Assembly (NCBI GenBank): GCA_951406725.2
Contig: OX597830.1
Span: 44,144,001 to 44,208,000 of the forward strand
Direction: 5' to 3'
Source of the DNA: Octopus vulgaris
Lineage: Eukaryota
Length of the DNA stretch: 64,000 bases
A program made the translations under genes and the position numbers. This document shows, piece after piece, positions 24,851 to 40,346 of the stretch. The notes under the pieces were generated by a model that made no database searches, had not been told where the DNA came from, and saw only the letters and a list, made by a program, of their open reading frames with translations. Within the stretch, counting starts at the first letter, position 1; each line of letters begins with the position of its first letter.

Positions 24851-27800
24851 ACTACTGCACCAAAATCAGTACAGCAAAGAAATCCAATCATTCTGAAAAG
24901 TGGTGCTCCAGTATGGCCTCAACCAGTAACATAAATAAAAGCAAAGAGAGGATTGCCCGAACCTGTTTTTCTGGACATTCCAAAAGTATTGCAGTAATTT
25001 ATGAGAAAAATAGTTCATACATGATTCAACTTCCTTTAACTCTTTTGATCTGAACCTACCTGAAACCACTCCTGCTTCTACGAAACAAACCTCCTCTACG
25101 TTTAAACCTGCTATCAAATTTTAATATTTAATGTATGTTCTAAGCACTAACTTAATAATGACAATAATTTTAGGAAAATCTTCATTATTTTCAAAATTAA
25201 AAGAAATATAGTGAAAAAGGCAATGAACAATTCCTTCTCTGTGGTTAGTGTGTCTCTTGCTTTGGTATCATCAGGCTGGACATGCGTGGTAAGAATTATA
25301 GACAAGTGAAAGTAGCGGTTATGTACTTGTTTTACTAAAAATTTTGATAATATCCAGAGTATTGATTTTTATCACACTATATTTAATTAGTTTTAAAGTT
25401 TTTGGGACCTACTAATTTTAATAAAATGACTACATGGTTATCAGATCAATTTCTTGGAACTAAACATTTTCAAAAAGTAATGGACTGGGCTGGAAATTAT
25501 TCCAAAATAGGTTTCAAAAATGTATATGAGGATTGCTTGTATTTTTTAATTTACTTTGGTAATTTGATGTAATATTCATCAAGATTCTAACCTTTCAAAA
25601 ATTACAATTTTCTAACTGCAAATAACCCAATTAAAAAAAAAAATGCTGTTTTGCAAAACAGTATTATCTGCTACTTGCTGTGCAATCTAGCAACTCTGAT
25701 TAATTTTCGTAAACCTCCTTGAATATAAGCAGTATCTGCTTTCCTCTATTACATATTAAAAAAATGTTATATTAGATGTAATTCCATCTTCCAAGCAATT
25801 TGCTATAGATTTAGTCCTGTTAAAATTCTTTGAACTTGTTTCTGCACATCTGTGGATGGGTTACTAGTCCAGTGTTTTATCCGTCTGCTCCTTGAGATGG
25901 CTCCCATCCATTCTGAGCTAACACTTGTCATTTTTATAGTGCTACCACTGTTTGCTGTTTGTGGTGGTAAAGTACTCTGCTTCATGGTATCTGCTTAGAG
26001 CTAGATGTCTTGGCTTGTTGAGAGTTTAGTGTGTGATCCAAACAAACAGCACAGTGCCATTGACAGAGGGATATGAACTGCTGGTCGTCCAGAACACCAT
26101 CAGCTTAACCATTGGCACTCCCAGGAAGTTAATAAAAAGAAAACTATCAGAAAGAAAGTTTTCTGTTACATATAGGTGTCAGCATGGCTGTGTGGCAAGA
26201 AGTTTGCTTCCCAAACACATGGCTCCAGGTTCAGTCCCACTGCATGGCACCTTGGGCAAATGCCTACTACAATAGCCTTGGACTGACCAAAGCTTTGTGA
26301 GTGGATTTAGTAGATGGAAACTGAAAAGAACCCGTTGTGTGTGCTTATGTCTCTTTGTCCTCCTCCACCACCACCACTTGACAACCAGTGTTGGTTTATT
26401 TATGTCTCCCTAACTTAGCAGTTCAGTAAAAGGAGACCAATGGAATAAGTACCAAGTTTAAATGTAAAAATAAGTACCTGGGGGTGGGGGTTGATTCATT
26501 TGATTAAATATTCTTCAAGGGGGTGCTCCAGCATGGCCGCAGTCTAATGACTGAAGTCAAAGATAAAATGGTTTCCAGTAAATAAGATAAGGGGAAGACA
26601 TCATGAAAATGACCGAAATCAAATTTCCTTAGACCCAAGCATGTATGGTTAAGAATCTTGTTTTGTAACCATGTGGTTTTATGTTCAATCTCACTACGCA
26701 TCACCTTGGGCATGTATCTTCTGCTGTAGTCCTGGGCCAGCAAATGCCTTTTGAGTAAATTTGGTAGATGGAAACTGTGCAGAAGCCTGTTGTGTGTGTT
26801 TATGTTTGTGCCCCTCCACTGCTTGACAACCAGTGTTGGTTTGTTTATGTTCATGTACCTTAACGGTTCAGTAAGAATGACTGATAGAATGTGTCAGACT
26901 TTAAAAAAAAAAAACAAGTACTGGTTTTGATTTGTTTGACTAAGCACTTCAAGATGGTGCCCCAGTATGGCCGCAGTCCAATGACTGAAACAATAGAAAA
27001 GAAAAAAAAAAAGAAGGAAATTGATATTTATCTTTTGATCAGTTTTGCTTTCTAAAACCTATTTTACAAGTAATTTAATGCTTGGACTTCTCAAAATATT
27101 GTTTATAGGTTTTCAATAAAGACTTGTTATTAATTTAGCCAGTGATGTCTGGCATCGCTGTTTACATTTGAATGGGTTTCCTCAGCTTTTGATTTATCTG
27201 TTTGGCTGCTTTGTGTGAGATATGAATTAATGCCCATCTTTTGAGTCTGCTAGCATACTAGCATACTCCCTGATTCAGCAGCTTTGGAAATGGAGAACAA
27301 CAAAATAATTTGATACTATATCATTGTTTGTTTGGCAAGAGAGTTAACGCTGAGATTTTGTATAGTATTGCATCTTGGTAGAATCATTTCAATTGTATTA
27401 CTACTGTGTTTTAAAATTGTCAAAATGAACAATTCTAACAAGAGGTAGTAATTTAAGAACATCATCACCATCGTTGTCCACCTTCCATACTGGCATGGTT
27501 TGGACGGTTTGACAGGAGCCAGCCAAGCAGAAGCCTGCACCAGGTTACTGTGTCTGTTTAGGCATGGTTTTTATGGCCAGATGCCCTTCCAAACACCAAC
27601 TGCCCAGCACAGTGGACTGAGTGCTTTTTACATGATACAAGCATAGGCAAGATCAGTTTTGGCAAAGGTTTTACAGCTGGATGTCCTTCCAAACGCCAAC
27701 CACTTTACAGTGTGGACTGGATGATTTTTTACATGGTATCAGTGATGTTATGTATTTATCAATTGATTAATAATTTACCTGAGATATCTTTTAAAGGGAA

Positions 27801-28206
27801 TGGAGTTCTTTTCCTCATATAAGGAATTATTTATATTTTATATGGAAATCTATACATCTTATCTAACAAGGGTATACCATCAAAAGTCACAAAACTGTAG
27901 AACTTGATTTGAGAAAGCTTCTCCTGTTTACATATAGGGCTAAAAAGCCCAGAAGTGAATCATTAGCAGATGAAAAGCATCCTCACAGTGGCAGTGGAAT
28001 TGCTAAACCTGGGATTTCTGCAACATTGCACGTCATCAGTAGCAAGTATGAGCCACATTCTTAGAGAAATGTAGCCACTACTGATATTGAAAAACAGTGA
28101 TTAATCAATCACTGGTGTTGTAAATAACTGGCAGACTGAGCAAAAATTCTTTATTAGCAGTGGAAGCAATAGTGGTTCAGGTTAGCGTTGTGTCTGTCTC
28201 ACTTAA

Positions 28207-28523
28207 CCCCTAACCCAGCAAAGACGAGTTAAGGTTGTCTTCACCCAATTTGTCTTTTTCAGAGTGCGACGAGTAAACTCGCCCAAAACATATAATTTCA
28301 TGAACAGCCACAGATGAGTTTATATGTCAATTCTTGGCATTTCTTGTTTTTAATTTTTTGTACAAATTACACCCAGATGTCGAGCTCAGATGATGACCTT
28401 GAGAATGAACCTTCTATTAGATGATTGGATACATCATATGAGATATGCAACTATAAACAAAAGCAACAAAAAAATTCGTCCGTAAATGGAATGTTTTCTC
28501 AAAAAATGTTGCCAGGGAAGGGG
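28207..28523. mobile_element. piggyBac-type MITE
   Basis: TTAA on both sides; imperfect TIRs CCCCTAACCCAGCAA / TTGCCAGGGAAGGGG. Confidence 0.65.
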
Positions 28524-29348
28524 TTAATGTGGAATACATTATCAAAAACTAGAAAATGCTATTCTGAATCAATGCTAATTCTGTTGCTAATAACAAATTT
28601 TTATTTTATTTATTGTTTTAGAATACTACAAGTAGAATCATTAAAGTTTCAAAAAAAAAAAGAAGAAAAAAAATTTTTATATTTACTTTCTGAGTTCAAA
28701 CTCTGCCAATGTCAACTTTGCCTTTGACCCTTCTGGCAAAGTCAATAAAATACAATACAATCTAGAACTGGACTTAGTTTAATTGACTGTTCTTTTCCTC
28801 CAAATTCCTGTCCTTTTGCCAGAATAAGGAACAGTATTATTTTGTACCTTTTACCATTTTATTCCTTTTTCAAGTGCTTTATTGATGTTTAGCATGGGTG
28901 TGTGTGTGCATGTATTTATATATTTTACTTTCTCAATTAATAAGGAATGAAGTAAACAGTGTTTAGATGGTTTGCAGTGCTTCTAACAAAGCTTGAAATC
29001 ATGAACAGTAATCAGAACTAAGGTTAACTGTGCCTCCTCTCCCCGCATGAGGTTTGTAATAAGTGTCGGAGTCAATGAAAATAGCTGACACTCTTTGATA
29101 TTTTGTTCATGGGTTAAATGGCACATTAACTCAGTGTTGAAATATTCAATATGAGACTCTATTGTTTTGTGTTGAAGTTTGGAAAGGAAAATGACCTATG
29201 GAAAGAGGAATGACGTTTGTGTGTGTGCGTGCGCGTGTGTGTGTCCGTGTGTGTGTATACATATGTATATATATATATATATACACACACACATACATAT
29301 ATATACACATATATGCATACATATACACACCCCCACATATCTACACAT

Positions 29349-29383
<35 letters not shown>

Positions 29384-29449
29384 CACACACACATCATCAT
29401 CATTGTTTAATATCCGCCTTCCAAGCTGGCATGGGTACACATAGTATAT

Positions 29450-29494
<45 letters not shown>

Positions 29495-30574
29495 TTATAT
29501 ACATACACACTTGTATAGACAAGCAATACACACACACACACACACACACATATTTATATGAAAGAGATAAGAGTAACATTTATATTAATAGAAAGGAAAG
29601 ACGTATCATTTCCAGCCACTTAATATAGCAAGACATTAAAAAATCCTGATTATTTAGTTATTCACTCAACTTTTAAAATTGATAAAAAAAAGATAATAAT
29701 AAAACATAAGGTGGGACTAATTTTACCATCGACAATTTCAACTAAATGCTTTTAATGCATGTGGTTTGTCTCAAATTCTTATCCAAACTTAATTACACTC
29801 ACATATATATATATCTAATAGCATAATATACAAACTACTACCTCTCCTCCATATTGCTGAATCAACTGTTGAAAGGGTGAAATTTCCTTGACATTTTATG
29901 TGTGATAAAATGAATACAAAGTAACTGGCAAAGTTTGTTTGATAAGTAATCTCGTATGAAGCACCCCAACTCCATTTTATAGTTTCAACTGTTTTCAAAA
30001 TGGTGTGACATTCAGATAAGTTGGTCAATGAATTATTCTACTTTTAAATGAATCTGCAAAAAAAAAAAGGAAAAATTGTTTAGTTTTCCGAATAGGTTAT
30101 TTTTAATAACATCATCCACTGGATTTCATTCTCACATTAAATTTAACTTTAAACTACAGGTAGGTGTCATATGCCGTGTGCAATGAGCTTGTTCCAGCAG
30201 CAAGCTGTGACCTAATTTGGGGTTACTTCTCTTACATTGTTAAATATCTTGTGAGACAGACAGACTTGTATATGGTACACTAATCTTAATCCTCCCCTCT
30301 TTTATTCTTCATCATAAACTGTAACATCTTAGTTGGAGTGGGTCTTGATGCATATAAAGCTATAATTAATTTTTTCTACTACAAACACATGGCCTTAAAG
30401 TTTTTTGAGGAAAGGACCAGTCAACTACATCGGTCTCAGTGTTTGACCCTGAAAAGATGAAAGGACAAGTCAGCCTTGGTGGAATTTGAATTTAGACTAT
30501 AAAGATGCACGAAATGCCACTAAATATTTTGCCTGGCATGCTAACGATTCTGCTATCTCATTGCCTTACTATAA

Positions 30575-30765
30575 ATAATTGAATGTAATTATTGGATTGA
30601 AAATCCCTTTTGGGATAGAAAACGTCAAAGGCTGTATGTAGAACTTGAACTCACATCCCCTGCACACATGTCATGATTTAGAGTTCCACATGCAGCCTTC
30701 GACTTTTTCTATCCATAATCAGTTTCTGTCCACAATCATGTAATAATTTACATGCTGTTATTTAA
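30575..30765. repeat. Imperfect fold-back (MITE-like hairpin)
   Basis: GGATAGAAAACGTCAAAGGCTGTATGTAGAACT pairs with AGTTCCACATGCAGCCTTCGACTTTTTCTATCC; outer AT-rich arms also partly complementary. Confidence 0.6.
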
Positions 30766-31054
30766 AGCCCTATCTGCTTCAAGATTCACTGTTCTATAAC
30801 AGAATTATTTCATGTTGTTTTGAAAGTTCATGAAATTCCTGTGATGTCGACAACCAATGTCTTAGTTTATGTAAAACCAAATGTTAACATGTCTTTGGTT
30901 CTTTAGTTTTCTTCGATTAAATTTCATGAGATTAAGTTAATGAACTGCTCATCTTTGACACAAGCATATCACTAGTAACAGGGTGACAATCTGTTGGGTG
31001 TTTGACAAATGTGTGTGTTTCAAACCAGAAAGTCGGGTCAACATCATCATTGAA

Positions 31055-31275
31055 CCCTTTCATTATCGTATTTCTGTTGAGATGCTCTGTGTTTCTTTCA
31101 ATTAATTTTAAATATAACAAAGAATTTAGTAAAATGACTTAGTTATTATTAAGCTCGTGTTAGGAACATAAATTGTGACTAAGGTTTTGTGGAAGATTTT
31201 AATACAGAACTTATGAAAACAAGACATTTGTATTCAGAGCCAGAGGCGGTTTCAGCCTGATTGGTATCGAAAGGG
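31055..31275. mobile_element. piggyBac-type MITE family 2 (inverted copy at 37067-37307)
   Basis: CCCTTTC...GAAAGGG termini, T(G/T)AA flanks; second copy in opposite orientation. Confidence 0.7.
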
Positions 31276-33132
31276 TTAATGTCTGTTTTCTATGCTGGCA
31301 TGGGTTGGAAGGCTTGACAGGAGCTGGCAAGTCAGAAGACTGCACCATTTGTCTGTTCTGGTTTGGTTTCTATGACTGGATGCCCTTCCAAATGCCAACC
31401 ACTTCCCAGATTGTACTGCATGCATTTTATGTATGTGGCACTGGCACAAGTACCTTTTACATGGGGTACTTTAATCCTAACACTGGCAAATATTTAAGCA
31501 AAAAAAAAAAAGAAAGAAAGAAAGAACAATACTTGTTAATTCTGCATTGACCAAGATCAATTGTAGAAGAGTTGGTCATTTTCACAATAATCAACATTTT
31601 ATGTTTTTTCATGCTTCTTGAATTGATCTGTTTGCTTATTTCATTTCTGAACCTTTAACCGTAGTTGTTAACTATCTTTTTCTTGTTGTAGTCATTAGAC
31701 TGTGGCCATGCTGGAGTGCTGGCTTGAAGAGTTTTTAGTTGAATGAATTGACCCAAGTACTTTTTTTTTTAAGATTGGCATTTATTCTATCATTCTCTTT
31801 TGCTGAACTGCTATGTTATGAGACTGTAATCACACCAACATCAGTGGTGGGGGACAAACACAGACACACACATAGGCAATGAGCTTTTCGTTTCCATCTA
31901 CCGAATCCACTTTGGTCAGCCTGAGGCTGTAATAGAAAACACGTGCTCAGAGTGCTATGCAGTGAGATTGAACCCAGAACTATGTGGTTGGGAAACATGC
32001 TTCTTACAGCACAGCCATGCTTGCATTTAGTTCACAAATTAGTTATTCAGACTGACCTGTCCTGCAGGAAATGACCCTCTCCCCACCAAAAAACAATCAT
32101 GCTAATTAGCACCTTACTCCAGTTCTAATCAGAACAAAACGAACTTATTTAGACTTGCCAACACACACCCAAAACCTTGCGTACAAACTCCAGTTGCAGA
32201 CCTTCCTGCTCTATGGATGAATGAAAATTGATGCTGAAGATTGAAAGCGATATGAAAGTAATTAAAATCGTTAATCAGACAACTTAATCAGACTGATTGA
32301 ACAAAATCTTGTTACAGATAATACATAATCCTGTTAACTTGACAAGACCTGCATATCAGCAGACTCTTCACACATTTATGAAGTACTTTTAGGATAGTTG
32401 TACCACAAAACTGAGAATATTAAGAGACATAACTTTCTGAGTTCAAACCAACCTGAGGTCACTGTTTTTCTTTTTCTTTTTTTTTGGCATTTTACCTTGA
32501 GTTCAATCGATAAGGGTTGCTATGATGATAAAGCGCAAAAATATTTAGGTTTGGTAAGAAGTCTGCTTTCCAACCACATGGTTCTGGGTTCAGTCTCACA
32601 GTGTGGAACTTTGAATAAATGTCTTCTATTGTAACAGCAGGCCAACCAAAGCCTTTTGAGTGGATTTGGTAGATGGAAACTGGAAGAAGCCAGTCAAATG
32701 TACGTGTGTGTCTGTGTATGCATGCGTGTGCATGTATGTGCATGCATGTGTGTGTGTGACTCCTCATCTTGACCTTGTGTTGGTTGTAAAATAGTTGTCA
32801 TTGTTGTACAAACAGTATTATTTTTTTCTGTGAGAACCTGTCTGATCATGGTGAGATATTAGCATGTTTGGAAATGGGTAAGGCTTGCCAACAGCAAGGG
32901 TGTCTGGCTGTGGAAAACCTGTCCTAATAAACTCCATCCAGTTCATACAAGCATGGAAAAGTGGATGTTGCTGAGTGGTTGATGTTAGGAAGGGCATCCA
33001 GCTATAAAAATCTTGCCAAAACTGTCACAGAAGTCTGGTGCAGGCTTCTGCCTGTCCGGCTCCTGTCAAACCATCCCACCCATGCCAGCATGGAAGGCAT
33101 GATGAGGATGATGATGATATATGTATGTATAT

Positions 33133-33236
<104 letters not shown>

Positions 33237-33641
33237 TCATCATCATCGTTTAACGTCTGCTTTCCATGCTAGCATGGGTTGGACGATTTTGACTGCGGGC
33301 TGGCGAACCAGATGGCTGCACCAGGCTCCAATCTTGATTTGGCAGAGTTTCTACAGCTGGATGCCCTTCCTAATGCCAACCACTCTGAGAGTGTAGTGGG
33401 TGCTTTTTACGTGCCACCGGCACGGGGGCCAGTCAGGCAGTACTGGCAACGACCTCGCTTGAATCCTTTTACAGATGCCACTAGCACAGGTGCCAGTAAG
33501 GCGACTTCGGTTACGATCATGCTTGAATGGTGCCCTTTAAGTGCCACTGGCACGGAAGCCGGTTAGCCGCTTTGTCAATGATCACGCTCGTATGGTGCTC
33601 TTCGCACCCTGCTAGCACGGACGCCAGTCATCGAATTTGAT

Positions 33642-33761
33642 TTTTTCTCAAAGAGTTAAGATTGAGAAAAGAATCTTTTTAGAAAGTTGAAAGACACTAA
33701 CCTTAGTGTCTTTCAACTTTCTGAAAAGGGTCTTTTCTCAATCTTAACTCTTTGAGAAAAA
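33642..33761. repeat. Near-perfect palindrome, 59-bp arms, 2-nt spacer, 3 mismatches
   Basis: 33642-33700 vs 33703-33761; starts at the truncation point of a SINE-C copy. Confidence 0.9.
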
Positions 33762-35522
33762 TTCTTCTCTCCAAATATATATAAATATATATTGATAGAT
33801 AGCTTAGTTATAGGATTCAGTAGATTGATTGGAACCTGGTGGGGAGTGGCAACAGGATGGACACTTGTAGAAAATCTACCTTGATGAATAATACAATTTA
33901 GATAGAGGAAAATTTGATTTAATTTTGGAATGAAGGCTTGTGTATTTTTATAATTATTCAGACGTAGGTATTTTGGTGTTAAAGCTAGAGACTATTTTGA
34001 AAAGTTTGCTTTCTCACATAAAATCTAAAAGTATGCAAGTGGTGTTGGATGAAATGCTGTGATTAATTTAGAGGAAGCAAATCAATGAAGCTAAATAATA
34101 AAATGAATATCAGAGGACAGTTTCTCAGTGTTAAAACCTGCTTTCAGAAATCTTCTGGGAATTATTTTCCATTTCTAGCAGTTAGGGTTGAATAGAGAAG
34201 TGTTTGCTTATGAGTCATGATTAGATTAAAAAGAGAAAAAAGCCAAAAACAAAAAACCATAAAGAATTAAGGGAAAATAAGTAAATTATATATGAGAAGG
34301 GATACATACTTTGTGCTCCCACCCCAAACCACCCAGAACAGATTGCAAGCTTATTGCTGGTTGTACCAGCAGTGGGTGAAGACTGCAATATATTTTTCAG
34401 ATGGAACTCTTTCTCTTTACTGTCCAAGGCGGTGCTCCAGCATGGCCACAGTCAAATGACTGAAACAAGTAAAAGAGTAAATGCATTCCTTGTTAACCTG
34501 TGAGACAGATGATGCAGTAGGGTTGTTTCTCCAAACCCCTTTTAGTGACGGCTTTCATTCCAGGCACCATGACCCTCCCAGGATTGGTGGTCAGAGAATA
34601 TGGATGGATAAATTAGGGGAAATAGGAAGAAGAGTTATGATAGCAGATGCAACAGCTAAACTAGATTTTAATAAAATCAAATAGTTGTTGTTTATACCAG
34701 CTGTGGTTATGAGGGTCTGTAATCAAAGGCATTCCAATTTGTCTTTTTCTCTTTTGTTCAGATGTGTCCTTCTAACTTTAAGATAGTAGGATTCATAGAA
34801 GAATTGACAATTATTTCTAGCTTGGTTCAATAAATATTGTCGTTTGGCCTGTTAGGTTAGCCTTGACTAAGTAAGATCTGTTATAAAAGGCATTTATGTG
34901 AAGTGAAGACACTGTTTGAGGGAAACTTGGTTCTTATTTCTAGCAATGCTGAATGAGATTCCCTTATTGGGAAAGTGTGACTGCGAAGGAAAAATGTGAG
35001 GATAATGATGTGTATTTAAATAAATTGATTAATTAGATAGAAAAATGCTAAGTTATTGTCACATCAGAGACAAACGGAAATAAGGCACAAGTAATTTCAC
35101 AGACACATTTATCACACCCACGTACATACAAACCCTTTCTGTGAGTGTGCACGAACACACGCACTCACATAAACACTTATCTCCTGGTCATTTGAAATAT
35201 TTACTTTGTTCAGGTATTTAACCTGTCACGGTTTAAAATATTTTGCTTTTTGTTGGTGATTTATTAAATACCTCTAATGTGTAATTTGGGCCTACACCTT
35301 GTGTGTGATCCAGGTTTTAAATCTGGATTGGTATTTAGTTTTATTTATTATAGGCTGTGTGGTAAGAAGGTTGCTTTCCCAGCCTTATGGTTCCAGGTTC
35401 AGTCCCACTGCATGGCACCTTGGGCAAGTGTTTTCTACTATAATCTCAGGCCAACTAAAGCCTTGTGACTGGATTTGGTAGACGGAAACTGAAAGACTGA
35501 AAGAAACCCCTTGTATGTATGT

Positions 35523-35570
<48 letters not shown>

Positions 35571-38500
35571 GTTGTGATACCCATGCCGGTGGCATGTAAA
35601 AAGCACCATCCAAACATGGCCTATGCCAGCACTGCCTTGATTGGCTTCCATGCCAGTGGCACATAAAAAGCACTAACTGATCGAGGCTGTTGCCAGCCTC
35701 CCCTGGCACCTGTGCTGGTGGCATGTAAAAAGCACCCACTACACTCATGGAGTGGTTGGTGTTAGGAAGGGCATCTAGCTGTAGTAACACTGCCAGATCA
35801 GACTGGTGCAGCCTCCTGGCTTCCCAGACCCCAGTCGAACCGTCCAACCCATGCTAGCATGGAAAATGGATGTTAAACGATGATGATGATGATATATACA
35901 CTGCTATTGGTGTATTTACATCTTTGTAACTTAGTGGTTCAGCAAATGAGACTGGTAGAATAAGTACCAGGTGAAAATAAATAAATAAATAAGTATTGGA
36001 ATTAGATTCATTTGCCTAGAATTTCTTCAAGGTGGTGCTCCAGCATGGCTACAGTCTAATGACTGAAGCAAGTGAAAGATAAAAAAAAATTTGTCATATT
36101 TTGAGTTATTGCTGAAAGGAATCTCATCATCACCATCATTATTGTTTTAATGTCCACTTTTCCATGTTTGCATAGTTTGGACAGAATTTGTGGTAGGTCT
36201 TCTATGGCCAGATGCCCCTCCTGTTGCCACCCTTCACTTGTTTCTAAGCAAGGTAATATTTCCCCATGGCCATCACTGCTTGCATGTCAGAGGTACTCGT
36301 TTATGACTGTCACGCAGAGTCAAGGCAAGGTGGCAGTAAAATACACTCTCAGACCCATGCACAAATACATACACATATACATGTATCTGATAGGCTTCTT
36401 TCAGTTTCCATGTACCAGATATACTCACAAGGCTTTGGTCAGCCTGAAGCTATGTTAAAGACAAAAACACTTGGCCAAGGTGCCATGCAGTGGGACTGAA
36501 CCCGGAATCAAGTGCTTAGGAAACAAACTTCTTAACCAAGGGACCCATCATCATCATTTAGCCCTTGTGTTACCGTGTTTATTTTGAGATGCTTTGTGCT
36601 TCTTTCAATTAATTTAAAATATAACAAAGAATTTAGTAAAATAACTTTATTAAAAAAGGTGTGAGAGGCTGAATCTGGTTAGTTTGAACATAAAACTGAT
36701 AAAATATTTGGGCCAGACATGACTAGTCTGAATGCTGAAGGGTTAATATAAGAAAAATATGTGAGGCAAATAAATCTCTTTGTGTGACGTGAACAGTACT
36801 TCAGTGAAATTTGTTTCATTGTATAGCAATGTAGGTTGTTATATTGTCACAGTTTTCTTTTTTTTTTTGTCAATGGGAAAATGCAGAAAGTAAATAATGA
36901 CGAATGTCACACTTTCTACAAGAGATTTATAGGAAAGTACAAATGGTGGTATGTTGCTATAGAATTTTTTGTTAAACATCTCAAGTTGTCTTAAAATTTT
37001 TCTGACATTGATAAGTTAAAGTGTTTAGGCTTAGAAATAATTTACCATGGCATAATGATGGTTTAACCATTTCAATACCAACCTGGCTGACACCACCTCT
37101 GGCTGACACCACCTCTGTCTGACACCACTTCTGTCTCTGTAGTACAAATGTCTTGATTTCATAAGTTTTGAATTAAAATCTTCCACCAAACCTTAGTCAC
37201 AATTTATGTTCCTAATGCTAGCTTAATGATAATTAAGTTATCTTATTAATTTAAAATTAATTGAAAGAAATACAGAGTGTCTCAACAGAAATACAATAAC
37301 AAAAAGGTTAAAATTTTGGCACAAGGCCAGCAACTTCAGGGGCGGGGTAAGTTGATTCCATTGACCCTAGTGTCCAGCTGGTACTCATTTTATCAACCCT
37401 GAAAGGATGAAAGGCAAAGTCGATCTCTGTAAAATTTTAACTCAGAACGTGAAGACAGATGAAATGCAAGTAAGCATTTTGCTTGGCTTGTTAACAATTC
37501 TGCCAGCTTGCTACCATACCATGGCACAATAATAATAATAATTCTTTTTATTATAAGCACAAGGCCTGGAATTTTGGGGAAAGGTGATAGTTGATTACAT
37601 TGAGCTTAGTACTCAGCTGGTACTTAATTTATTGACCTTGAAAGGATGAGAGGCAAAGTCAACTTTGGCGGAATTTGAACTCCTGGCATAATAATAATAA
37701 TGTTATGTAATTGTTTCTTGAACTCTTGGCCTCTTTGTCTGTCTTGTTTAGTTCGAATCAAAAGTATCAGAAAAAATTCAGGGAACTATTTATTCTTGGC
37801 TGCATGTAAAAAGCATCATTCAAGCATGGCAGATACCAGTGCTGCCCTCATGTCACCCATGCTGGTGGCATGTAAATAACACCATTCGAGCATGGCTGAT
37901 GCCTGACTGGCACCCGTGCTGGTGGCACATAAAAAGCATTTGAGTGTGACTGTGCCAGTGCCGCCTGACTGGCACCTGTGCTGGTGGCATGTAAAAAGCA
38001 CCCACTACTATCTCAGAGTAGTTGGCATTAGGAAGGGCATCCAGCTGTTAAAACATTGCCAGATCAGATTGAGGCCTGATGCAGCCTCCTAGCTTGCTAG
38101 TTCTCTTTTGAACCGTCCAACCCATGCCAGCATGGAAAGCGGATGTTAAACGATGATGATGATGGTGATGAATGGCTTTCTTTCTATGTGAGAAGGTAAA
38201 CTGTATGATTTATGTCCAAATGATATCAACATGCATGACAGGTGCAGGTGTGTTGTTAATAAGCTTGCTTTCAATCACAGGGTCTTCAATTCAGCGCTGC
38301 TGTACAGTATCTTGGGCGAGTATCTTTGACTACGGCTCAGTGATGACCAAAACCTTGTGAGTGAATTTGGTTGGTGAAAACTGTGTAGAAGCTCATTGTG
38401 TATATATGTGTGTGTATGTGTAGATATTACATGATGGTAGAAAATGAGCATCATAATCATCATACAAGCAAGGGTGTTGCTTAGGGGGAATATTACCTTG

Positions 38501-40308
38501 CTTGCAAACAGGTGAGGGTTAGTGACAGGAAGGGGACCTATCTGTAGAAAATCTGCCTAAACAATTCCTATCTGACCCATGCATGGGAAAGTGGACATTA
38601 AGTGATGATGATGATGTTGATGGTGATGATGATAATGATGATGAGCAATGAATGGGAAAGATTTGCTTTGCAGAAACATCAGTGAAACAATGGGTTGATT
38701 GAAGAAGTGCTCTGTGTTAAAAGTGGAGGCTCATGGCTTAGTGGTTTGGGTATTGAATTAATGATCCTGAGATTGTGGTTTCAATTTCTGGACCCGGTGA
38801 CACATTGTGTTCTTGAAGAAAGCACTTTATTTCTTTATTGCCCACAAGGGGTTAAACATAGAGGGTACAAACAAGGGATTAAGTCGATTATATCGACCCC
38901 AGTGCGTAACTGGTACTTAATTTATTGACCCCAAAAGGATGAAAGGCAAAGTTGACCTCAGCAGAATTTGAACTCGGAACGTAATGGCAGACGAAATACT
39001 TATTTCTTTACTACCCACAAGGGGCTAAACACAGAGAGGACAAACAAGATCAGACAAACGGATTAAGTCGATTATATCAACTCCAGTGCGTAACTGGTAC
39101 TTATTTAATCGACCCCGAAAGGATGAAAGGCAAAGTCGACCTTGGTGGAATTTGAACTCAGCAGCAGACAAAATACTGCTAAGCCTTTCGCCTGGCGTGC
39201 TAACGTTTCTGCCAACTCACCCCCTTATTTATTTCATGTTGCCACAGTCTACTCAGCTACAAAAAATGAGTAATCCAGTGTCCCGTCCAGTGGGGTAAAT
39301 ATACACATCACAGAAACTGGGACATGGGCCCTATAAGTCATACTGACTCAAAAAAGGATCTTAGTCCTTTTATCTTTGATCTTATATGTTAAAAGTGGAG
39401 GAGAAACAAGACGATGAGGTCATCTCAGGATGTTTGGTTTCAGGAATTAGATAACGAAAGATTGACACAGTTGGTGATATCCTGTTTGGTTGATCCATCT
39501 GACTCATCCTCTCATGGAAACACAAATGTTAAAATATTAATTTATCTTTTAGCTTTTACTTGTTTCAGTCATTGGACTGTGATCATACTGGAGCACCACT
39601 TTGAAAGGTTTAGTCAAACAAATCAACCTCAATAGTACTTATTCTGTCGCTCACTTTTGCTAAACCACTAAGTTACGGGGATGTAAACAAACCAACACCG
39701 AATGTCAAACAGTGGCAGAAAACACAACACACAGAGGGTTGGGCTTCTTTCAATTTCTGTCTACCAAATCTACTTAGCCTGAGGTTATAGAAGACATTTG
39801 CCCCAAGGTGCCACAGAGTGGGACTGAACCTGAAGCTATGTAGTTGGAACGCAAACGTATCACTACATCTATAATAATGATTTCCTTTAAAATATATTAA
39901 AAATGTTGATAGTGAGACCTGAAGCCTGTTGGAGTATTTGTGTGTTGCTTAACATTTTGTATGTATGACAAATTAACCAAGTAAAACTCGTCCATCCCTC
40001 TTCAAGTTGTTGCAAGCTAGATTCTGCAAGTGGACCCAACTGGCAGGAGACCTAGGGATAGACTACGAGTGTAATGGTTAGGTTATCCCATTAGCATTTA
40101 AACTAGCCACATCCGGCCCAAATATTCTACTTGTTTTATGTCCAAACTGGCCAGACCTAGCCTCTCATACCTACCCCACAATGACTTTCTAAAAATATAC
40201 AATCACATCATTGAAATCTCAAAGCCACAAGATAATATATGAGTAATTCAAAGCAATGTGAATAAATATTACACTTGACAAAGTAATCTGAATCCTTGGT
40301 CTCAGCTG

Positions 40309-40346
<38 letters not shown>

